A stretch of 64,000 nucleotides of DNA from Trypanosoma brucei (lineage: Eukaryota): the NCBI GenBank assembly GCA_000002445.1, contig CP000068.1:672001-736000 (forward strand), written 5' to 3'. Both the position numbers and the translations under genes were made by a program. Positions 12,144 through 21,110 of the stretch are shown here, in pieces (positions within the stretch are counted from its first letter, which is position 1; each line of letters opens with the position of its first letter). The notes beneath the pieces were generated by a model. The model ran no database searches. It was not told the origin of the DNA and worked only from the letters and a program-made list of their open reading frames with translations.

Positions 12144-13636
12144 ATTCTAATTTGGAGGCACAGAGGGTACAATGAAGCACCTGCGGTCTCATCAAAACTC
12201 GTGTGCTTCGATGGTAAAGGAACGATCGCCACCACTGGAGGGGGCTCCGGGGGGATGTCCACTGCAGGTGTTGCATCGCCGTATTTGATCCTCCGGATGG
12301 CATCAGCTCGCACAAAGCCATGTTTGTTTACCATATGCGTTACAGCACTCGAGCGGCATTGGTATGTGGCATCATATTCCGTACATTTGGTCGGTTCGGA
12401 GGTTCTCTGAAGAGTGCGTGTCGCAACAGATGGGGTTGTTTGTGTTTGTATTGTTGTTCCTATCACTGCATGTTGCGGATTGCACCATCGGCACTGTGGA
12501 GGCACACTCGGGTTGATCTTTCGCAACATCCATCCATAGTGTCTTGAAGACCCAACCCGAAAGCGTGCCAATACCGTTTCTTCTTCCCTCGTTAGTTCTT
12601 CCTTATGTTTTGTTGGAAAGTGATTGCCCGTGATACCAAACCTATGAGTGTTCTCATGGACTTCTTCCGACCTAAGCACTCGCTTCGCATAAGCAATGAT
12701 GTCGGGGATCCATGTGTCTCGCAACTGTGGTAAATCTGCGGCCTTTTTGGCCATGTCATCACAAACCTCATTCCGTTTCACGCCACAATGGCCAAACACA
12801 AATTGCAGTCGGATACGTATCTTCCTTCTCTGAACTTGAAGCAGAAGCCTCCATAGTCGTCTTAGAATTGGGTCCGTTACGGCTAGGGGGCCTGTCTGCA
12901 GTGCTGTTAACATTGACAGCGAGTCAGAGAAGATGGACAACCTGCTCGGTGTGCTTCTGTGTGCCGGAAGCCATTTCAGCAGCCGTTGCAGTCCTATCTC
13001 TAATGCTACGCATTCCGCTCTGTAACTGCATGAGAGTTCCCCTGCTCCGGTCTTGGGTGCGCAAATCAGCGTGTTGTTTCTATAGAGCAGGGCAGCTGCT
13101 CCGGACTTCTCACCGAGGGACACGGATCCATCAGTCCACAATTCGTAGTGCTCTCGCCGCGGTGGCTCCTTCCCCCTCCGTGCAAAATGCCGTGCAATCC
13201 ACTTTTCGGAAGCTTCCCTTTTGACATCGTCAGGGTCATCAGCGCACACAGGCCTAATCTGCGTGTGAAATATCGGTCGGCAGCTGTGGCGGAGCGTCGA
13301 TGTCTCTAGTTGGTGCTCGCGTGGCTCAATGCGGAGGTGGGGGTAGGACCGCATGATGCGGGAATGTAGGGCTCTGAGTGGATGTTTGCTGTGGTATACT
13401 TCCTCAGCACTGCGCCGCAAACATCCGCCTCGTGACTCACACATCAGCATGAACTTCATGCTGCGCACAAGAGTGGTCGTCTTGAGTGGGAGGAGGTTTG
13501 CTTCCAGCAGAGAGTCCTCTTCGCGCGTCCCATGCGGTATGCAAGCTATGATGCAACTACCCTTGTGTTGTGCTGCTGCAAGGAGGTCGCGACTTCGTTC
13601 CGAAGCGTCCCAGTACCATACCTCAATGCCATACAT
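12098..13636 (-). CDS. Retroelement ORF fragment: RNase H domain plus linker
   Basis: TDGSVSLGEKSGAAALLY...CSYRAECVALEIGLQ...HCGVKRNEVCDDMAKKAA is an RNase H-like catalytic pattern. Its end overlaps the next fragment in another frame. Confidence 0.7.
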   Translation of the reverse strand: MYGIEVWYWDASERSRDLLAAAQHKGSCIIACIPHGTREEDSLLEANLLPLKTTTLVRSMKFMLMCESRGGCLRRSAEEVYHSKHPLRALHSRIMRSYPHLRIEPREHQLETSTLRHSCRPIFHTQIRPVCADDPDDVKREASEKWIARHFARRGKEPPRREHYELWTDGSVSLGEKSGAAALLYRNNTLICAPKTGAGELSCSYRAECVALEIGLQRLLKWLPAHRSTPSRLSIFSDSLSMLTALQTGPLAVTDPILRRLWRLLLQVQRRKIRIRLQFVFGHCGVKRNEVCDDMAKKAADLPQLRDTWIPDIIAYAKRVLRSEEVHENTHRFGITGNHFPTKHKEELTREEETVLARFRVGSSRHYGWMLRKINPSVPPQCRWCNPQHAVIGTTIQTQTTPSVATRTLQRTSEPTKCTEYDATYQCRSSAVTHMVNKHGFVRADAIRRIKYGDATPAVDIPPEPPPVVAIVPLPSKHTSFDETAGASLYPLCLQIRMCQADYYTTLEQYMA

Positions 13637-13720
13637 GGTGTGTGCCTGTACGAGTGCTAGATAAAAAGCTCTCAGTACTTGTCGTCTTGGCCCCCATGTA
13701 TAAACTGAGATGGCTGTTAT

Positions 13721-15394
13721 CTACAGTAGTCGGAAGTCCATCTTGCGTCTCGTCTCGGCCGCATGTGTTGCCATCCCTTGCAGACACTGGAATGTTACTC
13801 CTAGAAGCTTCGGTGTCCTGTCAGCTCCTATTCTTTCGCCGTCCAGTCGTAATGTAAGGGGGTGGCGCTCTGTACACCCGAAGAGTGTGCACTTTGTTTT
13901 CGCTACATTGATAGACATGAAGTACTCTTTTGACCACTGTAACACCACGTTGAGGCCGCATTGTAGTGTGTGGTTGATGACATCCCTCTCTGTGTGCCTC
14001 GCAAGTAGCGTCAGGTCGTCTGCAAAGAATCCGTGCTGCAGTAACGGCACTTCTGCAAGGCGTTGGCTCAACGAGTTCATGACAATAATGAACATGATTG
14101 GGCCAAGGACAGTTCCTTGTGGCACTCCTCGCTCAAATGTTCTGCTTCTGGAAAGCCTTTCCCTGAGTCTCACTCTGCCAGTTCGGTTACTCAGAAATGA
14201 TACGCACCACTTCACAATGTGGGGTGATACCTTCATTTTGTGCATTTCCCTCGCAATTTTGTCGTGGTCTACTGTATCGAATGCCTTCTCGTAGTCGACG
14301 AATACAGCACCCGTACGATATTGGTGCGTGGGACGGCAGAGGGCAGCGCGGACGTGCAGCAGCTGTTCGAGCGTTGAGCATCCGGGGCGAAAGCCTGATT
14401 GCTGCGGCGTCAGCTGGGACTCAACAGTGTCTCTAAGTCTCGCGGCAATTATGCGCTCCATGACTTTGCAGAGACAGCTCGTGAGCGTCACAGGCCTGTA
14501 AGAATCGAGGTCCTCCGCCTTTTTTCCGGCCTTCAGGATGGGGATGATAACACCGGTCTTCCATGCAGGCGGCACGACTCCCGTTCGTAGGCTCTCACTG
14601 AATAGCCTCAGAACAACATTCAGCGCTGTTCTACCGAGATGTTGTATTGCCTCGTTGTATAAGCAATCAGGTCCGGCTGCGGATCCACTCGGTAGCAGTT
14701 TGATCGATCTCCGTAGTTCAGCCATCGTGATGGGACTGAACTCACTCGCTATCGTCTTTATGTGTGCTGGTGGGTGTGAGTTGGGGTGCCTTCTTGCGCG
14801 GGACGAGTACAGTTTAATGAACCTCTCAGCTTGACAGTAGTCCGTGATGGCCGCGTTATCAACAAGTACAGTCGGTGTGGTTAGTGGTCGTGGCGCATAT
14901 ACCTTCTTGACAATGTGCCAACTGCAGCGGTCTGACACCGCAAGTCTGGAGCATAGCGTGCTCCATCTCTTCTTTGTGGTACGGTCCAGAATCTGCTTAC
15001 GCGTGGCTACCAACTTTTCCCTTCGGTGGGAGGGTCCGCATCCAGCAATCTCTTCATCGAGTTTCGCGAGCGCAGGTATCCAATGTGGTGGCGTTGCTCT
15101 GCAGCCACGGGGGACGGATGCCTTCGTCGCAATGCGGATGGCGGAGCTCAATATCTGTTCCAGGGTGTTGACTTTCTTCTCTCTACCAATTTTCCTGCAG
15201 ACCTCGTCAACCTTGAGACGGAAATTCCTCCAGTCAGCTTTTAGCCATGCGTACATGGGCTTTTGAAGCCGCGGGCAACTCAGTGCATCTGTGTCGTCTC
15301 CAACGATAACGTCGAAAAATATGTGATGGTGATCGCTATCGGGAGAATACAGCGATGTCCACGTGTACACTGTGCAATTCCTTGACAGTGTCAC
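13721..15394 (-). CDS. Retroelement ORF fragment: reverse transcriptase (LINE RT, palm motifs 1-7)
   Basis: AVFVDYEKAFDTVDH, GVPQGTVLGPIMFIIVMNSL and FADDLTLLARH (YXDD-equivalent). Confidence 0.85.
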   Translation of the reverse strand: MTLSRNCTVYTWTSLYSPDSDHHHIFFDVIVGDDTDALSCPRLQKPMYAWLKADWRNFRLKVDEVCRKIGREKKVNTLEQILSSAIRIATKASVPRGCRATPPHWIPALAKLDEEIAGCGPSHRREKLVATRKQILDRTTKKRWSTLCSRLAVSDRCSWHIVKKVYAPRPLTTPTVLVDNAAITDYCQAERFIKLYSSRARRHPNSHPPAHIKTIASEFSPITMAELRRSIKLLPSGSAAGPDCLYNEAIQHLGRTALNVVLRLFSESLRTGVVPPAWKTGVIIPILKAGKKAEDLDSYRPVTLTSCLCKVMERIIAARLRDTVESQLTPQQSGFRPGCSTLEQLLHVRAALCRPTHQYRTGAVFVDYEKAFDTVDHDKIAREMHKMKVSPHIVKWCVSFLSNRTGRVRLRERLSRSRTFERGVPQGTVLGPIMFIIVMNSLSQRLAEVPLLQHGFFADDLTLLARHTERDVINHTLQCGLNVVLQWSKEYFMSINVAKTKCTLFGCTERHPLTLRLDGERIGADRTPKLLGVTFQCLQGMATHAAETRRKMDFRLL

Positions 15395-15460
15395 ATCAGG
15401 GGTGGACTCCCCGTGGTGGCGCGCGTACCTGGTGCACTCACCAGTGTTGCAGACCAGAAC

Positions 15461-16066
15461 CTAGTTGTCAATGCACCACTGTGTGAGGGTTTCATCCTTG
15501 GTATTTGATGGGCTCGCGCGATCCCATGCCAACGCGTGTGCGTTAGCGTCTGCACCGATGAGCTGGGCACTGTCAGTCGTCAGAAGCGTATCTAGGTCAG
15601 TTGCCGTGAAGGTGCGTTTTGGTGGGATGTATGCTGACGTGACGGTCAGCGCCGTTCCACGTGCAAGGTGAATTGTTGCATGCACTTGTTCAATGCGACC
15701 AACAACGGCCATACCGGTCTCGACTAGTAGGTCCTCCTTTACTAGTATTGGTACACCACCTTCTTTGCAGTTACGAGCTATTCCGTGATGTTGATAGCCA
15801 GCAACGCTAAAGCAAGCCGCCTCTCCAGGCGTCATCCTTGTCTCGCTCAACAGACAAAAGGCGATCCGCTCATCAACAAGGGTTTTGTGGAGTGCTAATC
15901 TCTTTCCTTGAGATAGCCCCGGCGCAGTTCCACTGCATCCCGCGCAACGACGGGCCGGGATTCTCTTCCACATCACCGGACAGCAGCATCTTACTGCGGA
16001 TGATACTGCTGATGGCACGCTGGCACGTGCCCAGGGGCCGACAAATGAAAAACGGTGTCCCAGCAA
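15461..16066 (-). CDS. Retroelement ORF fragment: apurinic/apyrimidinic endonuclease (EEP) domain
   Basis: LLSETRMTPGEA, GYQHHGIARNCKEGGVPILV and IGADANAHALAWD are APE-type motifs of LINE ORFs. Confidence 0.65.
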   Translation of the reverse strand: MLGHRFSFVGPWARASVPSAVSSAVRCCCPVMWKRIPARRCAGCSGTAPGLSQGKRLALHKTLVDERIAFCLLSETRMTPGEAACFSVAGYQHHGIARNCKEGGVPILVKEDLLVETGMAVVGRIEQVHATIHLARGTALTVTSAYIPPKRTFTATDLDTLLTTDSAQLIGADANAHALAWDRASPSNTKDETLTQWCIDN

Positions 16067-16235
16067 GACGCTGCTGATCCCTGTGCTGTATGATGCCGTA
16101 GCCGGAGCAAAGCAGTGTTCCCCATGAAAGGAACGCCGCTGGCTCTTGGCTTCCCCCGATGATACGGGGTACTGGACCCTGGCACCACGTGGAGGTGGCC
16201 GGCATCGCCAGGGGCATTGTGAGAATTAATCCCAC
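15873..16235 (-). CDS. Retroelement ORF fragment: N-terminal leader with 2A-like self-processing motif DVEENPGP
   Basis: Translation ...ISSIIRSKMLLSGDVEENPGPSLRG. A D-x-E-x-NPGP 2A-like motif is what I recall from the N-terminus of trypanosomatid L1Tc/ingi elements. Confidence 0.6.
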   Translation of the reverse strand: MGLILTMPLAMPATSTWCQGPVPRIIGGSQEPAAFLSWGTLLCSGYGIIQHRDQQRLAGTPFFICRPLGTCQRAISSIIRSKMLLSGDVEENPGPSLRGMQWNCAGAISRKEISTPQNPC

Positions 16236-16620
16236 GCCACCACCCCTTGCTTGGAATGCGTCTCTTCAGGGTCCCTCGGCACGTTTTTTTTTTGTGGCGC
16301 CCCATTCCGTCGCGTTACTCAGTAAGTGGTGATATAACTGTAGTCACTTCAGATGCTTCCATGTAGCTGCGCGTTTTTCTTCGGTACTTTTTGGTTGGCA
16401 CGCTTATCTTCTGCCTGTTTCACTGCACTGCGAGAATCTGCGTGCTTTGTTGTAATTTTTGTACGCCACCCTCTGTCAATGCGATTGTTCCTAAAGTGTG
16501 GAGAGGCTTCGTTGCACGTGTGTCGTGCGAACGCTCAGTGCAACCACGCGCCTGAAAAGTCTTTCATGCTTCTAGACTTTGGTGATCCTATGCAGGGGGT
16601 TTGCTCCAGTTCTGCTTCCG

Positions 16621-16641
16621 TATTATTATTATTATTATTAT
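16621..16641. repeat. (TTA)7 microsatellite
   Basis: tattattattattattattat. Confidence 0.9.
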
Positions 16642-17460
16642 GATCATTTGTTATGCCCTCTCTTTTGAATGTCGTTTCTTCATCATCTTGTCCTCGTTTC
16701 CTCGTTGCTCACAGTGTCTGCGGGCAGTTTCTGTCGACTCAAACGGCTACGTTGGAACTGACGTGCGTTCCGCACGCATTTAAGGTTCATGTAAGTCATT
16801 GGCACTTGTGCCATAGTCTCCTTCTCGTCGGTGAGGAAATTGAATGCTGTGCCCGTCTAGTGTGGCAGCCGTAGGGGGGCCCTGTTGTGACGTCGTATGT
16901 TGTTTACAACTGCTCTTTATGAGCCGCAACTGGAGTTCTTGAACCTCCGAGGGCTTGTGCGCTGTGGTGGCGACATAAAGAGGAGACCAAATTTCGCTCG
17001 GGGTTCAGTGTAGTTACCGTGTTCCAATGTAGCATCTCTGCTTGCGAATGGGGGAAAAGAACATGCGCCTCGTTTTCTCTCTCGCTCCGCACTAAAGCAT
17101 GAGGTGCTCTGACACCGGTGCCGTGCTATCCCTCTGTGCTTCTGCTTCCCTGAGCTATGCCCAGCTGCCTTTCCGTCTCGAGTTTTGGCACTGAAGCAGA
17201 CTTTCGCAAACCCTACAGCGTGCATGGCTTCCGCGCACCCATGCATAGCTATGCATTTTCTAGGGCTAGCGTTTCACTGTTCCTAGCTTGTCACCCCAAC
17301 TCCTTTTCCAGGGTCTAAACTAGGACGCGGGCGCGTGTTTGTTTTGATTTATGTGAGTGTTCGGGAGTGTCTGACGGAGGTTGCGTTGACGCGACGTGAC
17401 ATACTCCAAGTCAATGCTTTCAGGTTTTGATTCCCATTATTATCTAACCATGGAACCCGG

Positions 17461-17480
17461 GGAGGGAGGGGGGGGGGGCG
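17461..17480. promoter_or_regulatory. G10 homopolymer tract inside an ORF-poor divergent strand-switch region (16312..18550). Candidate Pol II start-region element.
   Basis: ggagggagggggggggggcg. The flanking minus-strand block (DBR1, UPF1, hypothetical, retroelement) and plus-strand block (array onward) diverge here. G-runs are reported at trypanosome divergent strand-switch regions. Confidence 0.3.
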
Positions 17481-18856
17481 TTTTGTCCCGCAACGATCGT
17501 GGAGCGGTAAAAAGCAAGGCGCTGCCATGGCGCCGCTGCGGGAGTGCGCCGTTGCGCGCTGTCTGGCACGCTCGTGGTGAATAGCGCGCGCTCATGAGCG
17601 CGTGAGGCCTTCTATTGTTCCGGCACCCCGCTACGCTGATACCAGCTGAATTCAGGGTTAGGAGCACCCATCAGCATGTCAAATGCTGCGGCGAGGTGGT
17701 GGGGAAAGTCTCTCCAGTTGGGGCTCCATCAGTTACAAGCTACCCGCTTACAGCGGCTGACTCCGTATAGAAAATTATCACTGCGTTTCCGCGCCGCGTT
17801 GGAAGCGTTGCCAACAGACATGGAGACGTCAAGTCTCTCCCAGATTCAGACAAAAAATCGAAAAAAAGAACAGCCAGGCTAAAAAAAAAAAAATTGGCAC
17901 ATTAATAGATAGGAGATAGGAGATAAATGCTGTCAACAATACACTCCATGTTAAACATTTCCTTCTCCACCCAGAAGAGGTGGGTAAAATACCAACGTTG
18001 CCCCTAACGACCCTATATGGGGGTGGCACCAACCGTGCAGTTGAAACCAATATCAACTTGATGGGAAGAGCCTTCCCTGAAATCGATATCTTAAAGAGTA
18101 AAAGGCTGTCGAGGCCGTACACGAGACTTACCAACGCAGCTAGTGTTGTCTCGTTTTATTCCGTGTCTCCCATCAATGCGAGATGTTCACATATGACATT
18201 CGATGCCACACTATTGACCGGTGGACGGTGCGAGATTGCATCACCACAGCCCTTCCCTCAATAAGTACACCAAGTCCAATACAAACAAGATAATGAAGCA
18301 CACCTTGCCTTTCCACATCACGGCCGATAGCGTTTGGTACCCAGTTTTCTTTCGATATAGCGAATTAAAGAAAGTAGCACCATCGTTGACCAGCACAAAA
18401 CGATCAGGAAGTTACAAAGACAGAATCAACTAAACAGCCCAAAAACGACAAAGTTCCTTATTTTCACATACAGCACAACCCAAAGAAAAGCACCCCTACT
18501 ACGTTTCCAGGAGCAGCAGAGGTTTGTTGCCGCCTACCGCTGTCAAAAGCATTCCATGTTATAATTTGTTTGCCGCGCTTGGTCTCGTGATGCTGAGTGA
18601 TTGTGCCTGTGTTTGTGGTTTCACCCCCTCTTGTCACGCCTTCCGCGGTTGGTGTGATTCCATTTGTGTTTGTTTCATGTGTTTTGTTTCCCTCACTACA
18701 TTGTGTGGTGAGGTTTGCTACTCTTATGATGAGTGCGCCTTGTGCCGCGTGCGTGTGTAGTGCTCATTTACCACTTGCTGCTTTCCCTTAACCTATTTCT
18801 GGATGAAAGAGACTTTACTCTTGTTTTTACCCACGTTCAAGCCGACACGGATAACA

Positions 18857-19207
18857 ATGGCCACCTGCCCTAAACACCTGTTCGGGAAGTACCATCTAAA
18901 GAGTTTTAATGGCAAAAGCGCCTTGGAGGGCGAACTGGCCGGTGTGACACTGGAGCTTGGTGAAGAAGACGGTCGTGTCACAGTACGCGCGAAGGCGGGA
19001 AATGCGATGAGTGGTGTGTTGAAGTATGAAGGTGGGATGCTCACCGGTCCCTTGATGTCTACAATGATGATGCCTCCCCCTGCTGTCTTGAAAGTAGAAC
19101 GAACCCTCGTGTCCGGTTTTTCCAGCGGTATGCATGCGCTCCGTGAAGGCTCTTCTCTTACGCTTTCGCATAAGACAGACACGATGGTGTTTGAGGCCGT
19201 GGAGTAA
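18857..19207 (+). CDS. Array gene C, copy 0 (diverged edge copy): 117-aa soluble protein with FABP/calycin-like N-terminal motif
   Basis: MATCPKHLFGKYHLKSFNGKSALEGELAGVTLELGEEDGRVTVRAKAGNAMSGVLKYEGGMLTG... A polypyrimidine tract and AG lie immediately upstream of this ATG. The listed 134-aa ORF starts 54 nt further upstream, inside the acceptor region. Confidence 0.6.
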   Translation: MATCPKHLFGKYHLKSFNGKSALEGELAGVTLELGEEDGRVTVRAKAGNAMSGVLKYEGGMLTGPLMSTMMMPPPAVLKVERTLVSGFSSGMHALREGSSLTLSHKTDTMVFEAVE

Positions 19208-20333
19208 ACTTGTTTCTCGACATGCAGTTACCCTTTTATTTTCTACTTGTGTTGCCACTACACTTTCGTGTTTGTGGTCGGTGTTAGCGAACACTACCTT
19301 TGTTTACCACTTAGTGTTATGTTATTTATTTTTGAAATCGGGTTATTATTTTTATTTTTTTTTTCCAGGGTGTAGATATTTGAACCCTAATAAACGTCAA
19401 CGTTTTGTTAATTTATACGGGGGTACGTGTTTTTTTATTTGTTATCGAGGTATAGGCCTTCTGTCATGGTGACTACTGGACATTTTCGCTTCCTCTTTGC
19501 TGGATGCTCCCTGAATACTCAACGTAATAGTATGAAGAAAAGTGAGATGGTAGGCGGGGAATAAGTGTATGTAAGGAGTATATATTGTACGGACATCGGT
19601 AGTGGTGATGATGTTGAGATTCTCTCTCTTAAAGGTTATATCTTTGTATCAACTGATTCGGTACATAAGATCAGATTTTAAATACTATCTTCTATTTATT
19701 ATTTATTATGGAGTGTGATAATTAAAATGTAAGGGCAAATTATCTAACTGCTTATGATCAGTTGATTAGGTAGCGAGTAGTTTAGATAGTATCTTATATT
19801 TAGGAGGTGAGGTGTCCATCTGTAGTAATGGAAGAAATTGTTTGTAAGGATCGACGGCAGTGCAGATAAAACAAATATCGAAGTATATATATATGTATAG
19901 AAGTTTGGCTCAGCGACAGAGATACAATATTCTGCAAAAATAAGATATAAATATTTCATCATTACCCTACCATGCACAGATTATCGATGTGTATCCAACA
20001 AGGTGGGCGCGTGCGACTCCTTCAAGCATTCCATGTTATAATTTGTTTGCCGCGCTTGGTCTCGTGATGCTGAGCGATTGTGCCTGTGTTTGTGGTTTCA
20101 CCCCCTCTTGTCACGCCTTCCGCGGTTGGTGTGATTCCATTTGTGTTTGTTTCATGTGTTTTGTTTCCCTCACTACATTGTGTGGTGAGGTTTGCTACTC
20201 TTATGATGAGTGCGCCTTGTGCCGCGTGCGTGTGTAGTGCTCATTTACCACTTGCTGCTTTCCCTTAACCTATTTCTGGATGAAAGAGACTTTACTCTTG
20301 TTTTTACCCACGTTCAAGCCGACACGGATAACA

Positions 20334-20684
20334 ATGGCCACCTGCCCTAAACACCTGTTCGGGAAGTACCATCTAAAGAGTTTTAATGGCAAAAGCGCCT
20401 TGGAGGGCGAACTGGCCGGTGTGACACTGGAGCTTGGTGAAGAAGACGGTCGTGTCACAGTACGCGCGAAGGCGGGAAATGCGATGAATGGTGTGTTGAA
20501 GTATGAAGGTGGGATGCTCACCGGTCCCTTGATATCCACTATTATGCTCTCGCCCCCTGCTTTGATGGAGGTGGAGAGTGCTTTCAGTTCTGGATTTTCC
20601 AGCGGTATGCATGCGCTCCGTGAAGGCTCTTCTCTTACGCTTTCGCATAAGACAGACACGATGGTGTTTGAGGCCGTGGAGTAA
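20334..20684 (+). CDS. Array gene C, copy 1: 117-aa FABP/calycin-like protein
   Basis: Same as 18857..19207 except for the variable patch GPLISTIMLSPPALMEVESAFSSG. Confidence 0.6.
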   Translation: MATCPKHLFGKYHLKSFNGKSALEGELAGVTLELGEEDGRVTVRAKAGNAMNGVLKYEGGMLTGPLISTIMLSPPALMEVESAFSSGFSSGMHALREGSSLTLSHKTDTMVFEAVE

Positions 20685-20984
20685 AGGTGACGGGCATACG
20701 TTAGTGTGTGTTTTGTTTATACGGTGATGTAAAAAATGACTTAAATTTTCATCTGTTTTTCGGTTATATTGTAGGTGCATATTCAACTTTCTCAATACCT
20801 AATGGCGGTACTATTAGTATTATTTTTTTTAAATACTTTCCTTGTTCACGAATATGTGATATCTACTGATTCGTATGAGCACTTTTGTTTTTTTATGCGT
20901 CTTCCTGTCTTCGCTAGCGTTTTGTTGTTGATGTATTTCTTGATTTGCTTTTCGTTTCTTTCTTTATGCTCTATACCTTTTTTT

Positions 20985-21042
20985 GCCTTTCCCTTGTATC
21001 CGCATATTCTCGTCCTCTGGTCTCTACTCCGCCATATTTATT
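20985..21042 (+). promoter_or_regulatory. Polypyrimidine tract / probable trans-splice acceptor region upstream of array gene A (recurs every 4182 bp)
   Basis: cctttttttgcctttcccttgtatccgcatattctcgtcctctggtctctactccgcc, then AG dinucleotides before the ATG at 21111. Confidence 0.4.
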
Positions 21043-21110
21043 CATGTAGTGCATGTAGTACTGGTTTGCATCCCGTGGAAACCTCTGCTTTTGTGTAGCA
21101 CCCGCGATTT

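Larger units (their letters stand above)
11197..16312 (-). mobile_element. ingi/L1Tc-clade non-LTR (LINE) retrotransposon, about 5.1 kb, coding region broken into 5 ORF fragments (degenerate copy)
   Basis: Ordered 5'->3' on the minus strand: a ~77-nt leader; an N-terminal 2A-like peptide LLSGDVEENPGP (15951..15974); an AP-endonuclease domain (LLSETRMTP, GADANAH); a reverse transcriptase (SAAGPDCL, QSGFRPGCST, FVDYEKAFDTVDH, GVPQGTVLGPIMF, FADDLTLLA = YXDD box); RNase H (HCGVKRNEVCDDMAKKAA); three C2H2 zinc fingers (CDLCEASF...HQKFKH, CGVCQKVL...HCKAFH, CTTCGRQC...HQKKMH). A T-run (poly-A on the element strand) sits at 11197..11205. The reading frame changes between fragments. Confidence 0.8.

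Noticed and set aside
12098-15394. Treating the retroelement RT and RNase H ORFs as independent host genes
   Set aside because: Domain order, the 2A leader, the poly-A tail and the frame breaks show they are fragments of one LINE copy.
18524-18760. 80-aa Cys-rich ORF (also at 19989, 24177, 28359, 32541) upstream of each gene C copy
   Set aside because: It is encoded by a GT/pyrimidine-rich stretch that serves as the splice-acceptor/5'UTR region of gene C. The composition is pure low-complexity (C, V, F). It is an artefact of a stop-free frame.
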